Source: an uncultured Mycoplasmatota bacterium | GTDB taxonomy: Bacteria; Bacillota_I; Bacilli_A; RF39; UBA660 | Length of the DNA: 64,000 nt | Reading direction: 5' to 3' | NCBI GenBank assembly: GCA_947570175.1 | Contig: CANOTJ010000002.1 | Coordinates: 33,346 to 97,345 of the forward strand | Shown: one piece after another, positions 57,348 through 64,000 of the stretch | Numbering within the stretch: the first letter of the stretch is position 1 | Layout: every line of letters begins with the position of its first letter | Notes under the pieces: model-generated | Database searches by the model: none | Seen by the model: the letters and a program-made list of their open reading frames with translations, nothing else | Told to the model about the DNA's origin: nothing | Position numbers and translations under genes: made by a program

Positions 57348-58865
57348 TGCCTGCATTTGTTTTGAATCTTCTATTTTTTCTTCTATCTCTATATTTTGAA
57401 GTACTAATCTTTCTTTCATCTCTTGTATTTGTTTTAAAAGATTGCTGACTGTTTCATTATAATACATAGCATATCTTTCTAATAATTCTTGTTCTATTTC
57501 ATTAACTTCTAGTAAAGAATTCACGTTAATTTCTTTCGCTTTCCATAACATATCCTGCTTTTTTTCTACTTCTTCAATAATTTTTTTGTAGTTTTCTATT
57601 TGTATTTTAGTAGAGTCCATCTGAATAATTTTTTTCATCTTTTTTATTTGAATATTGATTAAGATGGCAGATGTGAAACAACCAAAAAATTTATTTTTGA
57701 ATAATTTTACTGGAACAAGAGAAATAGTAAGACGAATAATGGTTGTAATCATTAATTTTATCTTAGTTAATATTTTTTGTTGTTTTGGTATCATATTTAA
57801 ATATTCCATTTCTCTTTGAAAACGTTGAATTTCATCATTTTGCTTTAAAAGATAGCGATCGACTAAAGAAAGACAGTTAGTAGCATCCATTTTTATTTCC
57901 TTATTTATTTGTTCTTCTTTTTTCTCTTCATCTTTTTTTTCTTTTTCACTTTCTTGCTTTTGGGATGGCATTACTGTTTTTTCTTTGTTCTTTTCTACTA
58001 CTTTAAATAAAGATTTTTTTAAAGGTGAACTTTCTATTCCTTGTTTTATAGCAACTGAATTTACACCATTTTTGATTAGAGAATTCTTCTTTGAAATAGT
58101 ATTCATAATATCTTCTTGGGACTCTAAATTAGAATAATTATCATCATTTTTAGGCGTAAAATTAGAATTAGAATTCTTTCCTTTTGTAGTAGTGTGCAAT
58201 GGACTATCTTCCTTTTTAATGGATAAAACACTATCTTTTTTAAAATAAATATCTTCTACGATTTTCGTTGTTGCAGATCCAACTGCATGTAATGATAATC
58301 CCCCAAGCATTTTCACGCCTGTTTTTATTTTCTTTTTTAAGGAAGAAGATTTTTTCTGTTTTTCTTCTGATTTTTCCTGTTTTTCTTTCCTAACTACTCC
58401 TTTTTTTTCTTTTAAAATCTCTTTTGTTTCTTCTTTTTGGTAATCTTGTTTCTCCATTTCTGTTTGCTTTTGGTTTATTTTTTGATCAATTATTTGAATC
58501 ATTTTTTTAGTTTCTTTCTTTTTTTTAGGATCAAGAATAGGAATTTGGGAAACTTCTTTTTTAATATTTATTACTCTTTTTTTGATAGTAGATAGAGCTT
58601 CCTTTTCCACTACTGAATCTAATTGTTTAGAAACTTGAATCAATTCTTTTTCGATTTTTTTTATTTTCTGTTCTTTTTTCTTTTTAGATTCTAATAAGCC
58701 TAAAAAAAGTCCTAAAATTGTAAGTGAAATAATTTTTAATCGACTATATTTTTGAATCTCTTTTTTCTTTTTCTCCTCTAACTCTTCTTGTTTTTTCTTT
58801 TTACGCTTTCTTAGAATATTTAGAAATGTTTTAATTTTATTAATAATAGATCCTTTTTCCCTCAT
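57309..58865 (-). CDS. K/E-rich coiled-coil membrane protein (518 aa)
   Basis: Low-complexity KKKKE repeats; TM helices 'IISLTILGLFLGLL' and near the C-terminus. Confidence 0.45.
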   Translation of the reverse strand: MREKGSIINKIKTFLNILRKRKKKKQEELEEKKKKEIQKYSRLKIISLTILGLFLGLLESKKKKEQKIKKIEKELIQVSKQLDSVVEKEALSTIKKRVINIKKEVSQIPILDPKKKKETKKMIQIIDQKINQKQTEMEKQDYQKEETKEILKEKKGVVRKEKQEKSEEKQKKSSSLKKKIKTGVKMLGGLSLHAVGSATTKIVEDIYFKKDSVLSIKKEDSPLHTTTKGKNSNSNFTPKNDDNYSNLESQEDIMNTISKKNSLIKNGVNSVAIKQGIESSPLKKSLFKVVEKNKEKTVMPSQKQESEKEKKDEEKKEEQINKEIKMDATNCLSLVDRYLLKQNDEIQRFQREMEYLNMIPKQQKILTKIKLMITTIIRLTISLVPVKLFKNKFFGCFTSAILINIQIKKMKKIIQMDSTKIQIENYKKIIEEVEKKQDMLWKAKEINVNSLLEVNEIEQELLERYAMYYNETVSNLLKQIQEMKERLVLQNIEIEEKIEDSKQMQAVQKQKIKEVTST

Positions 58866-58922
58866 AAAATCACCTGAATTAAATATGGTTATTATACCAT
58901 GTTTTCAAAAAAAAGGAAAACT

Positions 58923-59243
58923 TTATAAGCTCTCTTTTAAACCTTTTTTTATATTGTATATTAATTGTTTTTCTCTTAAATCTTGAAAACTATTTTCTTC
59001 TTTCTTATCTGATTCAAATTCAGTTTGAAAATTTGGAAAAAATAATTGAAGATATTCCTTTGCTGCTTCAATCATTCTCTTTTGTATCAATACAAAAATA
59101 GCCTCTAATTTAATGAAGTCTAGTCCTTCTACTCCCCATTCCTCTAAATTATTAAAATATCCCAGAATATCGGAGATATTGCCAAACTCAATAATTTCTC
59201 GTATATGATCCATATAAAGCGATCCTATGTATTCTTCTTCCAT
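58923..59243 (-). CDS. Hypothetical protein (106 aa)
   Basis: ORF track. Confidence 0.4.
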   Translation of the reverse strand: MEEEYIGSLYMDHIREIIEFGNISDILGYFNNLEEWGVEGLDFIKLEAIFVLIQKRMIEAAKEYLQLFFPNFQTEFESDKKEENSFQDLREKQLIYNIKKGLKESL

Positions 59244-59355
59244 CTTACTACTTCCCCCTAACTTAAATAAATGATTAATATCATAACATATATTTTAACT
59301 TACTAATATATTAATAAGTTAATTCTTTAAATTCAGTAATATTACACACTCATCT

Positions 59356-59751
59356 TTATTGACTCAATTGGTCAGAACACCCTGTCTTAGAAGTATCAGG
59401 AAAACCATATTCATAATTAGAATAGGCTCCTGTCTTCTTTTTTATTTGAATTTGAAAATCTGATGGTATTTTCTCATTTGTAACAGGATCTTTAATCTCT
59501 TTGGAGTCTAAATAGCCTCCCTTTACTAGGTCCTGTAAGGTAATCATTTTTCCATCTCCAAGTTCTGTATTATGTTCTGCACCATAAGAACGAGCAGCTT
59601 TTAATATATTTTGATATTGAGTAACACATAGTTTTTTTTCTGATTCATCCATTTTCTTTGTAACCATAGGAACAGTAATCATTGCAATAACTGCAAGTAC
59701 AATCAAAACAGCTAATAATTCTATGAGTGTAAAAGCGTCTGTATTTTTCAT
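59356..59751 (-). CDS. Type IV pilin / pseudopilin with prepilin N-terminal cleavage-methylation domain
   Basis: 'DAFTLIELLAVLIVLAVIAMI' class III signal; start chosen at ATG 59751. Confidence 0.7.
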   Translation of the reverse strand: MKNTDAFTLIELLAVLIVLAVIAMITVPMVTKKMDESEKKLCVTQYQNILKAARSYGAEHNTELGDGKMITLQDLVKGGYLDSKEIKDPVTNEKIPSDFQIQIKKKTGAYSNYEYGFPDTSKTGCSDQLSQ

Positions 59752-59814
59752 AATCCACCTCAACTATAATTATAGTAACATAGTCTGTTTGTTTTATCAA
59801 TAGAAAAAAGAGCT

Positions 59815-60600
59815 TTAGCTCTTCCATAATTGATAACCTTTTGCTAAGAGTACTTGAGAAAATGGTGCGCGATAAATAAAATCTGGATGTTTAGAACAAA
59901 TGGCTTTTAGAATCTTTTTTACAATCGATTTTAATTCCTTTTTTTCCATCAAACGAAAGAAAAAAGTCTCCCGTGTTCGAATGGAATCAAGTAAATAATT
60001 AAAGTAAGAATCTACATCCATCCATTCATATTTATTTTCTAACATTACTTGATTAAAACCTGTATAATAAAGTCCAGGTTCAACTAAACAAACTTCCACT
60101 TTACTGTCTAACAATTTTAATTCTTTTCTTAAACACTCGGTCATTTTAATAATACTAGCTTTTGTAGCACAATAACTTCCTAAAAAAGATAGGGGAATTA
60201 TTCCTGCTAAAGAAGCAATATTAATAATTCTACCCTTATTTTTTTTCATCATCGTTTTTAAAATAAGCTGTTCTACTTCTAAATAAGAAAATACATTGGT
60301 TTCAAAGTTTTTTCGAATCTTGGAAATAGGAATTTCACTCATTGATCCCCCATATCCAATCGCAGCATTGTTTACAAAAATATCAATATCTAAATGTTCT
60401 AATTTTTCTCGATCTTTCGCATTTGTTATATCCAATTTAAAACACTCTACATTATCAAAATTCTCATATTTCTTATAAACCATTTCCAATTGTTTATCGT
60501 TATGAACAGTAACATAAATAAAGAATTTTTTAGAAATTAGCTGATCGATTACAGCACTTGCAATTCCACTTCTAGCACCAGTAAAAAGAATTTTTTTCAT
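59815..60600 (-). CDS. SDR-family short-chain dehydrogenase/reductase
   Basis: 'FTGARSGIASAV' (TGxxxGxG) and 'YCATKAS' (YxxxK). Confidence 0.75.
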   Translation of the reverse strand: MKKILFTGARSGIASAVIDQLISKKFFIYVTVHNDKQLEMVYKKYENFDNVECFKLDITNAKDREKLEHLDIDIFVNNAAIGYGGSMSEIPISKIRKNFETNVFSYLEVEQLILKTMMKKNKGRIINIASLAGIIPLSFLGSYCATKASIIKMTECLRKELKLLDSKVEVCLVEPGLYYTGFNQVMLENKYEWMDVDSYFNYLLDSIRTRETFFFRLMEKKELKSIVKKILKAICSKHPDFIYRAPFSQVLLAKGYQLWKS

Positions 60601-60623
60601 AATACCACCAATAATAGTGTTTT

Positions 60624-61073
60624 CTAAAATTCATGATCTATACAAATATTTTTTTGAAATACAGTAGTATCCACCTTTTGATATCCAAGCTTTTGATAGC
60701 ATGCATGGGCAGCTTTTCTATAATTAAAAGAATAGAACTTTAAAAAAGCAATTTGATTTTGATAAGCAATTTCTTCTACTTTGTTCAACATTTTGGTGGC
60801 AAGTTTTTTTCTTCTAAAGTCCTGATCAATACAAAAATAACTAAGCCAATAATAAACCTGATCATCTTCATAACTATATTTTTCCTCGAAAAAAATATGC
60901 CCAACTATTTTCTGATTATATAAAGCAACTAAAGACTTCCCATTACAACTATATTGATGCATATTTTTATACAATTGACTAGGATTTTTGATATGAAAAC
61001 ATCTATTAATTAAAGAAATCGTTTCATCAATATCTTCTTCTTGTAACAATCTTACATCCAACATCTCCGTCAT
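60624..61073 (-). CDS. GNAT-family N-acetyltransferase
   Basis: 'FRRKKLATKMLNKV' motif A region. Confidence 0.6.
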   Translation of the reverse strand: MTEMLDVRLLQEEDIDETISLINRCFHIKNPSQLYKNMHQYSCNGKSLVALYNQKIVGHIFFEEKYSYEDDQVYYWLSYFCIDQDFRRKKLATKMLNKVEEIAYQNQIAFLKFYSFNYRKAAHACYQKLGYQKVDTTVFQKNICIDHEF

Positions 61074-61159
61074 CCTTTTCTATTTTCTTCTGCTTATTTA
61101 TAATATCATAATCTTATCTAATTGTATAGAATAATTTATAAAAATTAACATTCGATTCA

Positions 61160-62872
61160 CTACTTCTTATTTAGTTTTAATATTTTCTTCTTTTGATTTA
61201 TAATCTTTACTATATCGTCATTTAATCGTTCTCTTTCTGTAAGTTTAGGAAGCATCAAATTTAATTTTTCTTCTATTTGGTCATAAATACAATCATCAAT
61301 ATTGGAATGAAATTTAAAATAACCATAAAGTCTTTCATTTAAGGCATCGGAATATCTACGAATAGGAGATGTAATTTTACAGTAAGGAATTTTTTCATAG
61401 TTTGTTAAACTATAATAATGTTCCTTATCACTATAATTACGATAAATCAATGGATAGTTGTTTTCTAAGCAATCCTTGGCAACAAAATGATTTGTTAAAA
61501 TAGAATAAGTACTTACAAGTTGTCTTGATTTCGATGTAATTGATTTTTGAGTAAAAGGATAATCTAATGGATAAGTCAATGAAGAAATTGTTTGATAAAG
61601 TAGATTTAATACTTCCTCTTTTTTAGGATTATCACATGAATTGTCTAATATTTGATTGACCATATCATAGCTAAGTCTTTCTGATACATTAATTACAGCT
61701 TGGCTACATTGATATGATATATTACCTAATAAATCAATATAAAAACTATATTTTAACACCTTTCTAGATTCACCAGCCATTAATGATGCATAATTTTCAG
61801 CAATGGTTTGTGGTAACATATGATAAGTATAATCTCTTAAATAGATGCTAGATGCTTGATCAAACGCTTTTTCATCAATAGCCTTTGTGAAATAATCTCG
61901 AACATCTGATATATAAACATGAATGGTTGTTCCATATCCATTTTTTGATATAGAAATAGCATCATCAATATCCTTGGTTTTCTTATCGTCAATAGTGATA
62001 ATATACCCTGGTTCCTCTTCTTTTTTAGGATCTATTATCATTTGTGGAATATCAATAGGAACATTTTTACATCGCTTTTTACATTCCTTTAAATAATTCT
62101 GATATAATACCAATTTGCGATACTTTTCCTGTAAACTTAATTGAACCGATTGTTGTTTATCAATTGTTAAATGATGATTCTTTTCTATTTCCTGTTTTAA
62201 ACAGATAAGATACTGATCATAATCAGGATTAAAATGTTTTTCTTGCTTTTGATGAATTAACTGAATCATTGTATGAAGAATCTTTTCTAAATCATTTAAA
62301 CAAGCCAAATCATAATTTATATCAATAAAGTGTTTTGCTTTTTTCCCTATTTTAATTACAGGAAAAAAAGAAGATAAAGAATTCAGATTCATAATATATA
62401 TCATCAATAAATTAAAAAAATCATTATAGTTATCTTCTTTATAAAAGGAGGGAATTTCTAATTTTTCTTTTGGTTTAGTTATATTTTTTTGTAGTGGAAT
62501 TTCATCATTTTTTTCAATAAAATTATATTCTAATTGTCGAAGAATTTTCTGTAAAAATTGATAATAATCTTTATACCTATAATTTGTATTTTCAATTTTC
62601 TTTTTCAATTTTTCAGAAATCAACTCATAAGATGAAGTTATTTTTTCTTTTGGATAAAAGTTTAAATAATATATAATTCTTAATATATATGTATTGTTAG
62701 ACAATATAGATGTTAACTTCAACTGATCAATTCCTTGTTCTAATAAAAATAAGAGTTTCTTAATTAATACATTATCATCATCTATCGATAGTGATTTTTT
62801 CAATTTCTCTAAAGAAACTTTTTTTCGATTTAATTCAAAAATTATTAACCGGTTATTCATATTCCCACCCAC
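61160..62872 (-). CDS. RNB-domain 3'-5' exoribonuclease (RNase II/R family) lacking obvious N-terminal cold-shock domains
   Basis: 'IITIDDKKTKDIDDAISI' and 'HMLP' RNB motifs. Confidence 0.6.
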   Translation of the reverse strand: MGGNMNNRLIIFELNRKKVSLEKLKKSLSIDDDNVLIKKLLFLLEQGIDQLKLTSILSNNTYILRIIYYLNFYPKEKITSSYELISEKLKKKIENTNYRYKDYYQFLQKILRQLEYNFIEKNDEIPLQKNITKPKEKLEIPSFYKEDNYNDFFNLLMIYIMNLNSLSSFFPVIKIGKKAKHFIDINYDLACLNDLEKILHTMIQLIHQKQEKHFNPDYDQYLICLKQEIEKNHHLTIDKQQSVQLSLQEKYRKLVLYQNYLKECKKRCKNVPIDIPQMIIDPKKEEEPGYIITIDDKKTKDIDDAISISKNGYGTTIHVYISDVRDYFTKAIDEKAFDQASSIYLRDYTYHMLPQTIAENYASLMAGESRKVLKYSFYIDLLGNISYQCSQAVINVSERLSYDMVNQILDNSCDNPKKEEVLNLLYQTISSLTYPLDYPFTQKSITSKSRQLVSTYSILTNHFVAKDCLENNYPLIYRNYSDKEHYYSLTNYEKIPYCKITSPIRRYSDALNERLYGYFKFHSNIDDCIYDQIEEKLNLMLPKLTERERLNDDIVKIINQKKKILKLNKK

Positions 62873-62968
62873 TGTTTTAATAATATAACATATTCAAAAA
62901 AACATGTAAATAAAAATACTACTAAATGATATAACATTTCAGTAGTACTATCTTTTTTATAAAATAAA

Positions 62969-64000
62969 TTAAAAATTTAACATTAACCATTCTGGTTTAA
63001 TCAACATTAAAATTCCAATTAGTAACATAATAATTCCTCCAATTAAATGAGAATATTTACTATACTTATTTGAAATTCCAGTTACCTTTAAAGTTACCAT
63101 AGCAATAACAAAAATAATAATATCATCTATTAGAAAAAAGACAATATAAATAAAGATATATAGCATATAATGAAGGGTATTTAAATTGCTAAGAGAAAGA
63201 ATTTGAGTAAATAATAAAGGAAGCCCTGCCGAACATGAAAGTTCAATAAAATTAACAGAAATAGCTAAAGTTATCACTCCTATTAAAGCAAGAATAAGAC
63301 TTTTTTCTAGAGTAAACTTTTTTATTTTTTCTATTATATTTTTTCTTTTTTTAGAGTCTACCACTTCACATCCAATATCATTTTTTATTGCTTTATAATA
63401 ACTTCTTAAATTGAAACCTGCTCCAACTAAGGCAATTAAAGCAATCACTGTTCTTAACCATATAATGGTATTCATTTTAACAGCTATATTTAGCCAAGCA
63501 ACCATAAAGAGCAAATAAATTATAGCCGAAGAAAATAAAAATGTCAGTCCTAAAATCCACATTCTCTTTCGATTTTTTGTTCCAATTAACATACTAATCA
63601 AAAATAATAATACCCACATAGCACAAGGGTTAAAACCATCTACAAGTCCCATTACGGTTGCAATAATCGGAAGAGAAACTTTTTTCACATCAACTTTTCC
63701 TAATATAGGAACATCTTTCATTGTGTCTTCCTTTTTTTCTTCCGGTTTTTTAACAGAAGGTTCTTTTTTAGAAATCGTTTTTCCATCTATCACTTCTTTT
63801 ACAATATCTTCACAACCTTCTTCTAAACAGGTAGTTATATTTTTTTCAATTGTAGTTTTAGTATTTTCATTAAATCCCACCATATAGTGATCTCCAATAA
63901 CCGTAAAAGGAACATAATTGCTATTGGAATTGAAAGCAGATTTCACTTTTTTCAATAATTCTTGGTTCTCTTCTTTATACCAGACTTCATACAAATGAAC
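62969..64000 (-). CDS. Thioredoxin-like domain fused to a CcdA/DsbD-type thiol-disulfide transporter membrane domain (N-terminus may lie beyond the window end)
   Basis: Soluble N-terminal domain then a TM region with Cys in 'GFNPCAMWV' and 'ELSCSAGLP'; the reading frame is open to position 64000. Confidence 0.5.
   Translation of the reverse strand, partial: VHLYEVWYKEENQELLKKVKSAFNSNSNYVPFTVIGDHYMVGFNENTKTTIEKNITTCLEEGCEDIVKEVIDGKTISKKEPSVKKPEEKKEDTMKDVPILGKVDVKKVSLPIIATVMGLVDGFNPCAMWVLLFLISMLIGTKNRKRMWILGLTFLFSSAIIYLLFMVAWLNIAVKMNTIIWLRTVIALIALVGAGFNLRSYYKAIKNDIGCEVVDSKKRKNIIEKIKKFTLEKSLILALIGVITLAISVNFIELSCSAGLPLLFTQILSLSNLNTLHYMLYIFIYIVFFLIDDIIIFVIAMVTLKVTGISNKYSKYSHLIGGIIMLLIGILMLIKPEWLMLNF

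Overview
AT-rich Firmicutes-type sequence (about 28-30% GC); nearly all genes are on the minus strand. I read positions 1 to about 45.8 kb as one integrative conjugative element (ICE), truncated at the window start, with host-like chromosome genes after it.

ICE content, left to right:
- A Gram-positive type IV secretion / conjugation module: VirB4-like ATPase (partial), PrgI/VirB3-like, VirB6-like, Maff2/VirB2-like, VirD4-type coupling protein, DUF3801/PcfB-like protein and a MobP-type relaxase.
- A TetR-headed cargo operon: CPCC protein, PEBP, SPL-type radical SAM and a GNAT-YoaP fusion.
- A JAB/RadC-like protein, MobC, XRE regulators and a DUF3991/Toprim protein.
- A 2598-aa 'polyvalent' protein fusing an N6-adenine methyltransferase to an SNF2/DEAD-like helicase, read as early-transferred anti-restriction cargo.
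- A class-B-like sortase with a 909-aa Cna-B-repeat surface adhesin carrying a 'VPSTG' sorting signal.
- A parA-parB pair.
- A mosaic region at 34.8-37.6 kb where a dCMP-deaminase gene and a GNAT gene sit in equivalent slots between duplicated flanks.
- An M3 oligoendopeptidase and two CotF-like genes.
- A Tn4451-like integrative mobilizable module on the plus strand: MobV relaxase, a small HTH protein and a large serine recombinase.

After about 45.8 kb the genes look chromosomal: GNATs, an Amidase_2 protein, a flavin reductase, an M60-like peptidase gene interrupted by an in-frame TAG, an HD-HExxH fusion, two MBL-fold hydrolases, a Fic-VbhA toxin-antitoxin pair, a type IV pilin, an SDR, an RNB exoribonuclease and a CcdA-like membrane protein (partial).

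No rRNA, tRNA or CRISPR array was found.

Most notable non-genic observations:
- Two about 220-bp direct repeats at 34.8 and 36.7 kb flank a cassette-like module.
- A 157-bp near-identical direct repeat pair at 55.16 and 57.19 kb brackets an MBL-Fic-antitoxin block and leaves a truncated gene fragment.
- A palindrome-rich candidate oriT lies next to mobC.
- A 'TTGTAATTT' motif clusters in the intergenic regions of the TetR operon.
- Two promoters share a 13-bp upstream box 'AATGTGCAATTTT'.
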